NCBI GenBank assembly: GCA_963712745.1
Contig: CAVQJC010000010.1
Span: 32,001 to 96,000, forward strand
Direction: 5' to 3'
Source of the DNA: an uncultured Chloroflexia bacterium
GTDB taxonomy: Bacteria > Chloroflexota > Limnocylindria > Limnocylindrales > CSP1-4
DNA length: 64,000 nt
A program made the position numbers and the translations under genes. Below are positions 48,461 to 56,973 of this stretch, in pieces (the first letter of the stretch is position 1; each line of letters begins with the position of its first letter). The notes under the pieces are model-generated. The model was not told where the DNA came from and did no database searches. It saw only the letters and a list, made by a program, of their open reading frames with translations.

Positions 48461-49850
48461 CCCGGACGTCGGCCGCGACCCCGGTTCCTATCGCGACCCC
48501 GCCGGCTTCGTCTTCCGCCGGGACTCGGTCGTCTACCGCCAGATCGAACCGTCCTTCGCGGCCGATTGGGATTACTACCTCGCTTCTGGCCTTCACGACC
48601 GCCTGTCGGCCGAGGGTGTCGTCGTCAACGATGAAGAGGTGGATCTCGGACTGGCCGCTGCGCCACCCGCCTACCGGGTCATCCGGCCGGACCCGATCGA
48701 GGTCATCTCCTACCCCTACGAGTGGTCCTTCAGCCAACTCCAGGACGCTGCGCTACTGACACTGCGGGCACAGGCCAGGGCGACCGAGGCCGGCATGACC
48801 CTGCGAGATGCCTCGGCCTACAACATCCAGTTCTACCGGGGCAGGCCCATCCTCATCGACTCGCTTTCCTTCGAACGCGCCGACTCGGGCCGGCCCTGGG
48901 CGCCATATCGCCAGTTCTGTGAGCACTTCCTCGCACCACTGGCGCTGATGGCCAAGGTCGACGTCCGCCTGGGGCGCATGCTGCGAGATCACCTCGAGGG
49001 CATCCCGCTCGACCTGGCCGCGCGACTCCTACCCGGTCGCACCCGGCTGTCATTCGGCCTCGGACCCCACATCCACCTCCATGCGCGCGCGCAACGCCAG
49101 CATGCCGACGACGCCTCGGCACCCGGAGCCGGTGCTGAGGCCACGATGTCGCCGAAGAAGCTGGCCACGCTCATCGAGAGCCTGCGCGACACGGTGAGTG
49201 GGCTGTCGTGGGAGCCCGCGGGCACGGCCTGGGCGGACTACGCCGACAACACCAGCTACGGGGACGCCGCCACGTCAGCCAAGTCCCAGGCGGTAGGGGA
49301 GGCGTTGAGCGTGGTCGGCGGCGGACGCGCCTGGGATCTTGGAGCCAACACCGGCCGCTACAGCCGCATCGCGGCCGACGCCGGCTACCAGGTCGTGGCG
49401 CTCGATATCGACCCGGCGGCGGTCGAGCGCGGCTACCTGGCCGTGAAGTCCGACGGTCGCGAGGACATCCTTCCGCTACTCGCCGACATAACCGACCCCA
49501 GTCCCCCCCTGGGGTGGGGGAGTGCCGAACGAGCCGGACTGCTCGACCGGATCCACGCCGACGTGATCCTCGCCCTCGCGCTCGTCCACCACCTCGCGAT
49601 CGGCTCGAACGTACCGCTGCCGATGATCGCCGCGTTGTTCGCGCGCCTTGGCCCGCACGCGATCGTCGAGTTCGTGCCCAAGGAGGACGCGATGGTCCAG
49701 CGATTGCTTGCGTCGCGCCGCGATGTCTTCGACGACTACACCATCGATGGCTTCAGGGCCGCGTTCGCTGCGCACTTCAGCGTCGTGTCCGAGACAGCAC
49801 TCGAAGGCAGTAGCCGTACGCTGTTCCACTTCGCGCGCATGGATCGGTAG
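48453..49850 (+). CDS. NoeA-like SAM-dependent methyltransferase
   Basis: GSYRDPAG, ISYPYEWSFSQL, LRDASAYNIQF, WDLGANTG, LALVHHLAI. Confidence 0.88.
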   Translation: MPDPDVGRDPGSYRDPAGFVFRRDSVVYRQIEPSFAADWDYYLASGLHDRLSAEGVVVNDEEVDLGLAAAPPAYRVIRPDPIEVISYPYEWSFSQLQDAALLTLRAQARATEAGMTLRDASAYNIQFYRGRPILIDSLSFERADSGRPWAPYRQFCEHFLAPLALMAKVDVRLGRMLRDHLEGIPLDLAARLLPGRTRLSFGLGPHIHLHARAQRQHADDASAPGAGAEATMSPKKLATLIESLRDTVSGLSWEPAGTAWADYADNTSYGDAATSAKSQAVGEALSVVGGGRAWDLGANTGRYSRIAADAGYQVVALDIDPAAVERGYLAVKSDGREDILPLLADITDPSPPLGWGSAERAGLLDRIHADVILALALVHHLAIGSNVPLPMIAALFARLGPHAIVEFVPKEDAMVQRLLASRRDVFDDYTIDGFRAAFAAHFSVVSETALEGSSRTLFHFARMDR

Positions 49851-50034
49851 TCGGAACGCGCGAGGCCTGAGGCATCGAGACGACCGGACCGCCACCCATG
49901 CAGCCGCGATGGAGCCAGGCAGGCGTCTGCATCTGGGGCACTGAGCTCTACGAGACCCGATCGCCGCGTGAGCATCGCTCATCAGCCAGCAAGCGCAGTC
50001 GGGTCACCAGCGCCCACGCTGTACGCTGTCTCGC

Positions 50035-50826
50035 ATGAAGAGAGCCTACGTTCGCGCCTCGGGGGTCATCATCGCAGCCGTATCGCTCGTGCTCGGAGCC
50101 GCCGCACCCGCCAGCGCCGGCCCGTTGCACCAGTTCAGCGAGATCCAGGCATCGGACGTGGTCATCACGCCCGACCCGAGCGGTCGTTCGGCCGTGCTCG
50201 AGGTCGATACGACCATCGACGTGGCCTGCTCGGTGATCTACGGGCTCGACGAGTCATTCGGGCAGATCGCGGTCGACAGCGACATGGATGGGGGCGCGCA
50301 TGCCGACCACCACCCCGTGATGGGAGGGCTGGCTCCCGACTCCGAATACGCCTACCGCCTGCAGGGCACGGCTCCTGACGGCGCCATCTATGTCAGCGAC
50401 GTGATGTCCTTCCGAACACCGGCAGCACCGATCGGTGGTCCAGTCGATGTGGCACTTGGTGCCACGATAACCGGCGTCAGCTCCGAGTGGTCCGACGCAT
50501 TCGGCGCCGCCAATGCCTTCGACGGCGACGCCACCACCGAATGGTCGAGCCGCGGCGACGGCGATGACGCCTGGGTCGAGATCGACCTCGGCTCAGCGCA
50601 GCGCATCGACGCGGTCGAGTTCCGCACGCGTTCCATGACCGACGGCACGGCCATCACCGAGACCTACGCCATCACGGCCGACGGCGTGGAGATCGGCCGG
50701 TTCGAGGCGGACGTGCCAAGCGAGGTCGACCTCGAGGCCCAGGTGCTGCGCTTCGATGTCGTCACCTCGAGCGGAGGCAATACCGGAGCTGTCGAGATCC
50801 TGGTACTGGCGGATGTCGGTGGCTAG
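50035..50826 (+). CDS. Secreted protein with FN3-like and discoidin (F5/8 type C) domains
   Basis: Signal peptide; GLAPDSEYAY; VSSEWS...NAFDGD.TTEWSS...WVEIDLG. Confidence 0.82.
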   Translation: MKRAYVRASGVIIAAVSLVLGAAAPASAGPLHQFSEIQASDVVITPDPSGRSAVLEVDTTIDVACSVIYGLDESFGQIAVDSDMDGGAHADHHPVMGGLAPDSEYAYRLQGTAPDGAIYVSDVMSFRTPAAPIGGPVDVALGATITGVSSEWSDAFGAANAFDGDATTEWSSRGDGDDAWVEIDLGSAQRIDAVEFRTRSMTDGTAITETYAITADGVEIGRFEADVPSEVDLEAQVLRFDVVTSSGGNTGAVEILVLADVGG

Positions 50827-50924
50827 GAGCATCAGGCTCGTCCGCCGCTGAAGCGGCTCGCCAGTCGGTCCTCGGCGGCGGCGATGCAGGCACTCCGGCG
50901 ATCGAGGCTGCGGGTGGCCTCACG

Positions 50925-51836
50925 TCACCAACCCCCCGGCACCTGCCGTTCCAGGTCATCGAGCTGCGACCGCGCGAGGGGACTCTTGGCGTCGCCCTGC
51001 TGCGTGCAGATCCAGCGTGCTCCCAGCTGGGCGCGTCCGACTGCCCGGTCGAGCGGAAGTCCGTCCATGACCCGCGCCACCAGGAAGCCCACCGCGAGGT
51101 TGTCGCCAGCGCCGTTGGTGTCGACGATGGGAGCCAGCGGCAGCTCGACAGCCGGGAACGCATCGACTCGACCGTCGTGGGCGACGAGGCAGCCGTCGGT
51201 GCCGGCACCGACCACCACCACGAGACCTGATCGCCGCGCAGCGAGATGACGCGCGGCACTGCCGGGATCGTCGAGATTCACAGCCGACATGAAGAGCACG
51301 TCGGCTGTGGCCACGAAGTCGGCCCGGTACGGGTCGTCAAGGTCCGCCACGTCCTGCAGGTCACAGGAGACGGTGGCGCCGGCCTCGCGCGCCAGCGGCA
51401 GGATGCTACGGGCCCATTCGTCGAGGTGGACGTGGACGACGCTTGCGCCCTGTAGTGCCGCCCGGCAGGCCTCGATGTCGACTTCGGTGCTGCTGGAGCC
51501 ACGAGGGTCGAAGTAGTTGCGGCGCGAGCCGTCGGCCTCCACGATGTTCACGCTGCGATGCGTGCCGGCAGGGTCGCGCAACTCGGTGACGGCGACGCCG
51601 GCTGCTGAAAGCTCGTCGCGTACCCAGGCGCCTGCCCGGTCGTCACCCAGGGCGGCGATAGCATGAGTCCGGACACCCAGAGCCGCGGCTGCCAGCGCGC
51701 TGTAACAGCCGGCCTGGCCCAGTCCATCTGTGGTCTGCGCAAACGTCATCTCCGTGCCAACGCGCTCGCCGACCGGATAGACGTTGGTGTCGATGCCGAA
51801 CGCACCCACGACGACGAAACCTTGGTCCACTCGCAT
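50925..51836 (-). CDS. PfkB-family carbohydrate kinase
   Basis: LGDD..G and IVDTNGAGD signature. Confidence 0.9.
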   Translation of the reverse strand: MRVDQGFVVVGAFGIDTNVYPVGERVGTEMTFAQTTDGLGQAGCYSALAAAALGVRTHAIAALGDDRAGAWVRDELSAAGVAVTELRDPAGTHRSVNIVEADGSRRNYFDPRGSSSTEVDIEACRAALQGASVVHVHLDEWARSILPLAREAGATVSCDLQDVADLDDPYRADFVATADVLFMSAVNLDDPGSAARHLAARRSGLVVVVGAGTDGCLVAHDGRVDAFPAVELPLAPIVDTNGAGDNLAVGFLVARVMDGLPLDRAVGRAQLGARWICTQQGDAKSPLARSQLDDLERQVPGGW

Positions 51837-51908
51837 GGACGACACGATAGTGGTGTGCGCCGGACGTGTGCAGCGTGCGCCACCTCACGCTCTCGCCAGC
51901 TTGGCGTC

Positions 51909-51936
51909 ACTTCCGATAATGCAAGTTATGTAACAT
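51909..51936 (+). other. dif: dif-like Xer recombination site
   Basis: ACTTCCGATAA-TGCAAG-TTATGTAACAT (11-6-11); AT-rich, intergenic, at a gene-strand convergence. Confidence 0.85.
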
Positions 51937-51987
51937 TCGCCCTCGCGCGGGGGAGATCCGGGGCGAGCGCACCGCTGGACGGACCCC

Positions 51988-52335
51988 TTGGCTCGGTCTC
52001 GACAACGCCGAGACCTGCTTCGCTTGGCTGGCGGTACTCGCCGCCACACGCTCGCAACCGAGATCGCGTCTGCGGCTGCGGGAGACCGCTTGTACTTCCT
52101 CGGCTGTCAGCGCGGGCCTGTCGGCATCGACAAACGGATGCAGCTGACCGGCATCCGTGGCGGAGCCCCAAGCGTCAGCTGCGACAGTAGCGGGAACTGT
52201 CGAACGGTGGTCACCGACACTGGCGTGGTCCAGGTCCGCCGGTCGGGCCCCCTGCCCTCCATCAGGGTCGATGCCGGCGTCAACCGTCTCGTCCTCGAAG
52301 GCTTCCCGGTCGGCGACGGCTTCCGTATCCGCTGA
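51988..52335 (+). CDS. Hypothetical protein or fragment
   Basis: C-terminal two-thirds has plausible protein composition; weak start. Confidence 0.3.
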   Translation: MARSRQRRDLLRLAGGTRRHTLATEIASAAAGDRLYFLGCQRGPVGIDKRMQLTGIRGGAPSVSCDSSGNCRTVVTDTGVVQVRRSGPLPSIRVDAGVNRLVLEGFPVGDGFRIR

Positions 52336-52491
52336 GTCCCGGGGTCTCTGGAGGCCCGGGATCCGCATCGCCAGACGGTCGCGGCCTGAGCCGCGGTCGT
52401 AGAAGGGACCAACACTTGCGTAATTGCGCAACTACTGGAATGATAGCTCGGACCGACTACTCCGACCACGCCGCGTTTCCTGGGGGTTCAC

Positions 52492-52896
52492 ATGTCCCGT
52501 CGCCTCGTCCTGCTCGCCGCCCTGGCCCTGGTGGCCATGTTCGCTTTCGTCGCCTGCGGTGATGACGGCGCAGCCGGGGCGCCCGGCGCGTACACCGTCA
52601 AGCCCGCAGAAGCTGCCCGTATGATCGATGGCGGTGAGCGCACTACCATCGACGTACGAACCCCAGCTGAGTTCGCCGACGCCCACGTGGTCGGCGCCCT
52701 CAACATCGATGTCGATAGCGCGGACTTCGAGAGCCGCATCAGGGAACTCGACCCCGATGAGCCGTACCTGGTCTACTGCCGCTCGGGTAACCGGTCCGCG
52801 GTGGCCGCCGACAAGATGGAAGACGTCGGCATCATGGACATCGCCGACGCTGGTGGACTGGCCGACCTCGCGCGCGCAGGCGTTCCCATCGAGTAG
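52492..52896 (+). CDS. Rhodanese-like lipoprotein
   Basis: Lipobox VAC; IDVRTPAEF..HV.GA.NI; YCRSGNRS. Confidence 0.92.
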   Translation: MSRRLVLLAALALVAMFAFVACGDDGAAGAPGAYTVKPAEAARMIDGGERTTIDVRTPAEFADAHVVGALNIDVDSADFESRIRELDPDEPYLVYCRSGNRSAVAADKMEDVGIMDIADAGGLADLARAGVPIE

Positions 52897-52923
52897 CCAG
52901 GCCGGCCCGGTCGCCCGGGCCGG

Positions 52924-52985
52924 TGGTGTCTTTGCGTGAAGACAGGCCGGCCGCTGGTGTCTTTGCGTGCAGACAGGCCGGCCGC
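52924..52985. repeat. 31-bp tandem duplication following a GC hairpin
   Basis: TGGTGTCTTTGCGTG(A/C)AGACAGGCCGGCCGC x2. Confidence 0.8.
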
Positions 52986-53000
52986 TGGTACCGTGTGGCG

Positions 53001-53522
53001 GTGGCAGCAGCGGCCGATATCCGCATCAGGCGCATCCGCCCGGGCGACGGGCTGATCCTGCGCGAGCTGCGGCTGCGCAGCCTGGCTGACGCACCCGATG
53101 CCTTCGGCCAGCCGCTCTCGGAGGCCCGAGTGCGGCCCGAGGGCGAATGGGACCGCAGCGCGCGACAGTCGTCGCGCGGCAACAACCGCATCTGGCTCAT
53201 CGCCGAGACCAGTGAGCGCACGGTAGGACTCGTCCAGGGCCGCCGGCGCCGCCCCTCGACGCTGCTCCTGTTCAGCATGTGGGTGGACCCGTCCGCCCGC
53301 CGCCTGGGTGTGGGACGTATGCTCATCGAGAGCCTGGAGGCCTGGGCCGTCGGGTGGCACGCGGCCCAGACCATCCTGTGGGTCCTGGGTGCCAACGAGT
53401 CCGCCATCGAGTTCTACCGCGACCTCGGCTTCACGCCGGTCCGCGGAGGCCACGATGCCGAGTCCGGCGCTCGATTCGGCGCTCTCGCTATGCGCCGAGA
53501 GATCGACGCACCCGCACCCTGA
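53001..53522 (+). CDS. GNAT N-acetyltransferase
   Basis: LRLRSLADAPDAF, SMWVDPSARRLGVG, NESAIEFYRDLGF. Confidence 0.9.
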   Translation: MAAAADIRIRRIRPGDGLILRELRLRSLADAPDAFGQPLSEARVRPEGEWDRSARQSSRGNNRIWLIAETSERTVGLVQGRRRRPSTLLLFSMWVDPSARRLGVGRMLIESLEAWAVGWHAAQTILWVLGANESAIEFYRDLGFTPVRGGHDAESGARFGALAMRREIDAPAP

Positions 53523-53547
53523 CTCGCCCCGATCGCGGCCGTTGACC

Positions 53548-53572
53548 GAACGCACCATCAGATGGTGCGTTC
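53548..53572. terminator. Hairpin between convergent genes
   Basis: GAACGCACCAT-CAG-ATGGTGCGTTC, perfect 11-bp stem. Confidence 0.6.
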
Positions 53573-53634
53573 ATGGACCACTCCGTGCCGTCGGTTCTGG
53601 GCGCGTCGCCGATAGGTCGTCTGTGCGACCCGTG

Positions 53635-55932
53635 CTATGAGCTCAGGGGATTGTCATCGACCGACAACCACGCGCGGTCGACTGCGACGTGGATCACCGA
53701 CGGTCGGCGCGATGTGATGGCCTCGCGGAGCGCCGGCAGGAATTCGGCATCACTGCCCACGGTGAACCCGAGGGCGCCGTGGGCACGAGCCACGGCCGCG
53801 AAGTCGATGGGGCCAAGCTCGGTGGACGTGGTGGGTCGGCCCTCGCTCATCTGCTGCACCGCGATCGAGCCGTACCTCTGGTTGTCGAACACGACGGCGA
53901 TGGGATGGGCTCCTTCGCGAACGGCGGTCTCGAGCTCGGCCATGGAGACCGCGAAACCGCCGTCGCCGCAGAGTGCGACGGCGATGCGGTCGGGGTCCAT
54001 GAGTGACGCCGCGATGGCAGCCGGCAGCCCGAAGCCCACCGTGCCGGAGGTCGCGCCGAGGAACGAGCCGGCTCGGCGGAAGTGGAAGTTGCGGGCGACG
54101 AAACCGGCCAGGTTGCCGGCGTCTGTGGCGATGGTGGCGTTGTCGGGCAGGGCCGCTCGCAGCATCGCGATGATCCGCCCCGGGTGGGCACCGGGACCAT
54201 CCCAGGTCCCCTGCCCCAGCGCGGTGGCGGCACGATAGGCCTCCCGGTCCGCGGCGTTGCGAGCCTCGCGACGATCGCGCATCTCGTTGTCCAACGCCGC
54301 CGCACGGAGATCGGACCAGGCCGAATCGAGAAACCGTGACGCGTCGGCCGTGATCGACAACGTGGGAGCCGTTGATCCGCCCCGGGCCGGGCGGGGTTGG
54401 ACATCGACATGGATCCAGCGGGTCGCGGGCGCGGGGATGCGATAGCCGTCGGTGGTGATCTCTGACAGCCGTGTGCCGATGAAGAGGATGACGTCGGCGT
54501 CGGCGAGCCGCTGCGTGACCGTCGGTGCAGCCCAGGAGCCGGCCATGCCCAGGTAGTTGGCGTGATCGTTGGGGAAGACGTCCGGACGGCGCCAGGCTGC
54601 GATGACAGGCACCGCCAGGGCCTCCGAAAGGGCCACCAGGCGCTTGGTGGCGCGGGCGCGGAGAACGCCGGCGCCGGCCACGATGACGCCGCGCTCCGAT
54701 GCCGCCAGCATCTTCATGGCCCGGCTCACAGTCGCACGGTCGGCAGCCGGACCACGCGCCCCGGGCGGCTTTGGCAGCGGCTCGTCGAGCAGCTCGACGT
54801 CGTGACGCTGGATATCGATCGGTATCGACAACAGGATGGGTCCCGGTCGGCCGGTGTTCATCCGGTTCCACGCCTTCGCCAGTACCGCAGGTGTCTCAGC
54901 GGGCGCGTCGATCTGGGCAGCCCAAGCGGCCAGCGACCCGAAGCTGCCGACGAGGTCGGCCTCCTGGAATGCCTCGCGGCCGATGAGCGACGCCTCCACC
55001 TGCCCGGCGAGGGCGACCAGTGGAGCCGAGTCCTGCTGGGCGGTGTGGATGCCGACAGCAGCGTTGGCCGCTCCCACCGCGCGTGAGACCACCACGATCT
55101 GCGGACGGCCGGTGGACTGCGCGAGCGCCTCGGCCATGAAGGCCGCGCCGCCCTCGTGGCGAGCGGTCACGACACGGATACCTGCGGTGGCTAGGTCGTC
55201 GAGCAAGGGCAAGATCGGCTCCGCCGGCACCGTGAAGCAGTAGCGTGCGCCGGCGGCGTGCAACTGCCGGGCGATCTCCTGTGAGACAGTGCGGCGGACG
55301 GTCGGGGGAGGTGGCGCCGGCTCGGGCGTGTCCTCCGGCGCCGGCTCGGGCGCCGCTTCCGCTTCCACGACGGCCGAGGACGGCTCATCGGGGGCAGGGC
55401 CGACATCGAGCCCCGGCGTGTCCTCCGGCGCCGGCTCGGGCGCCGCTTCCGCTTCCACGACGGCCGAGGACGGCTCATCGGGGGCAGGGCCGACATCGAG
55501 CCCCGGCGTGTCCTCCGGCGCCGGCTCGGGCGCCGCTTCCGCTTCCACGACGGCCGAGGACGGCTCATCGGGGGCAGGGCCGACATCGAGCCCGGGCGTG
55601 TCCTCCGGCGCCGGCTCGGGCGCCGCTTCCGCTTCCACGACGGCCGAGGACGGCTCATCGGGGGCAGGGCCGACATCGAGCCCGGGCGTGTCCTCCGGCG
55701 CCGGCTCGGGCGCCGCTTCCGCTTCCACGACGGCCGAGGACGGCTCATCCACCAGGGATGGCTCGGGCACGACCGGCTCGTCGAGCGGCTGATTCGCAGG
55801 CTGCTGCTCAGGCCGGCGGTCGGGGCTGGCCGTGGCCTCGACGGGAGCGGGCTCTGGCGTCACCGGCGGCTCGGCAGGATCGGTCGGCATGGTCGGCTGC
55901 GCGGAGAGCCGCTCGTTCTGGGGATCGGTCAA
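53635..55932 (-). CDS. Thiamine pyrophosphate-binding (acetolactate synthase-like) enzyme with acidic repetitive N-terminal extension
   Basis: ARHEGGAAFMAE, GRPGP, GFGLPAAI, GDGGF...FDNQRYG. Confidence 0.9.
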   Translation of the reverse strand: MTDPQNERLSAQPTMPTDPAEPPVTPEPAPVEATASPDRRPEQQPANQPLDEPVVPEPSLVDEPSSAVVEAEAAPEPAPEDTPGLDVGPAPDEPSSAVVEAEAAPEPAPEDTPGLDVGPAPDEPSSAVVEAEAAPEPAPEDTPGLDVGPAPDEPSSAVVEAEAAPEPAPEDTPGLDVGPAPDEPSSAVVEAEAAPEPAPEDTPEPAPPPPTVRRTVSQEIARQLHAAGARYCFTVPAEPILPLLDDLATAGIRVVTARHEGGAAFMAEALAQSTGRPQIVVVSRAVGAANAAVGIHTAQQDSAPLVALAGQVEASLIGREAFQEADLVGSFGSLAAWAAQIDAPAETPAVLAKAWNRMNTGRPGPILLSIPIDIQRHDVELLDEPLPKPPGARGPAADRATVSRAMKMLAASERGVIVAGAGVLRARATKRLVALSEALAVPVIAAWRRPDVFPNDHANYLGMAGSWAAPTVTQRLADADVILFIGTRLSEITTDGYRIPAPATRWIHVDVQPRPARGGSTAPTLSITADASRFLDSAWSDLRAAALDNEMRDRREARNAADREAYRAATALGQGTWDGPGAHPGRIIAMLRAALPDNATIATDAGNLAGFVARNFHFRRAGSFLGATSGTVGFGLPAAIAASLMDPDRIAVALCGDGGFAVSMAELETAVREGAHPIAVVFDNQRYGSIAVQQMSEGRPTTSTELGPIDFAAVARAHGALGFTVGSDAEFLPALREAITSRRPSVIHVAVDRAWLSVDDNPLSS
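55325..55749 (-). repeat. 90-bp in-frame tandem repeat, about 4.7 copies
   Basis: Encodes DEPSSAVVEAEAAPEPAPEDTPGLDVGPAP; near-identical units. Confidence 0.95.
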
Positions 55933-55933
55933 G

Positions 55934-56026
55934 CTATTGCACCAAGGTGAAGATGAGCGAGGCGATGATGAAGATGGCGATGACGGCGAGGATGAGGCGC
56001 ACGCCCCGGCTCTGGGTGTCGATCAT
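55934..56026 (-). CDS. 30-aa single-TM peptide (not in the ORF track)
   Basis: MIDTQSRGVRLILAVIAIFIIASLIFTLVQ*; fills the gap between yajQ and the TPP gene. Confidence 0.65.
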   Translation of the reverse strand: MIDTQSRGVRLILAVIAIFIIASLIFTLVQ

Positions 56027-56032
56027 GGATAC

Positions 56033-56530
56033 CTACCGGTAGTTCTTGAACTGCAGTGCGACAGGGTAGTCCTCTGCCTCTTCCTTGAGGCGAGCGATGA
56101 CACGCTGTAGCTCGTCCTTGGACTTGCTCGTGACTCGGACCGCTCCGCCCTGGATCTGACCCTTGGCCTTGGGGAACTCGTCGCGGATGAGCCTGGTGAT
56201 CTTCTTGGCGAGGTCCTCGGGCAGGCCCTGACGAAGACCGGCGACCTGCTTGTACATCATGCCGCCGGCGGGCACGATCTCACCCCAGTCGAAGATCTTC
56301 AACGAGAGCCCACGTCGCACGGCCTTGGAGCCGATGAGATCCTGGACTGCCGCCGAGCGCATCTCCGAGTCGGTCACCACGGTGATGTCCTTGTCGCTGA
56401 GGTCGACCTGCACCTTGGAACCCTTGAAGTCGTAGCGCGTGGCGACCTCACGCCTGACCTGGTCGAGGGCGTTGACCAGCTCCTGGCGGTCGAACTCGCT
56501 GACGACATCGAATGAGACGCTGCTGGCCAT
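56033..56530 (-). CDS. yajQ: YajQ-family nucleotide-binding protein
   Basis: SFDVVS.FD.QEL.NA.DQ, RYDFKG, QIQG..VRV..K.KDELQ, LQFKNYR. Confidence 0.95.
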   Translation of the reverse strand: MASSVSFDVVSEFDRQELVNALDQVRREVATRYDFKGSKVQVDLSDKDITVVTDSEMRSAAVQDLIGSKAVRRGLSLKIFDWGEIVPAGGMMYKQVAGLRQGLPEDLAKKITRLIRDEFPKAKGQIQGGAVRVTSKSKDELQRVIARLKEEAEDYPVALQFKNYR

Positions 56531-56534
56531 CGCT

Positions 56535-56963
56535 CTACTCCCCTGCCCCGCCTGCCTGCTTCTTGTAGCTGCTGTCGGTCCCGACCACCCGCGTCACCGG
56601 CCACTCTCGAATGCGTGCGATGAGCCCATCATCATCGACCTCGATGGCGCTGAACCCACGCACGCGGACGCGTTCGGCCGAGGCACGGAGCGTCAGAGCT
56701 CCGTGCCAGTTGCCCAGCACGGTGCGACCGGAGACCCATACGTGCTCCGCGTCGAACTCGATGTGGTCCTGCGTCGCGACGATCTGATTCACATGCTCGC
56801 GGATAGCGACCGCGCCGGTCAATGGCTGGATGAAGGGGTCGATGCGATACTCGGCCTCCTCGCTGAAGAGTTCGAGCACAGCGTCAGGATCACGCCCTTC
56901 CCAGGCGCGCTTCCAGCGGGCAAACAGGTCCTGCCCGTCGCCGGGCGTCAGAGTCTCGGGCAT
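56535..56963 (-). CDS. SnoaL/NTF2-like protein
   Basis: RAWEGRDPDAVLELFSEEAEY..DPF, GLIARIREW. Confidence 0.85.
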   Translation of the reverse strand: MPETLTPGDGQDLFARWKRAWEGRDPDAVLELFSEEAEYRIDPFIQPLTGAVAIREHVNQIVATQDHIEFDAEHVWVSGRTVLGNWHGALTLRASAERVRVRGFSAIEVDDDGLIARIREWPVTRVVGTDSSYKKQAGGAGE

Positions 56964-56973
56964 CAGGGGCATT

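Noticed and set aside
55325-55749. 90-bp tandem repeats as CRISPR
   Set aside because: No unique spacers; in-frame coding repeat.
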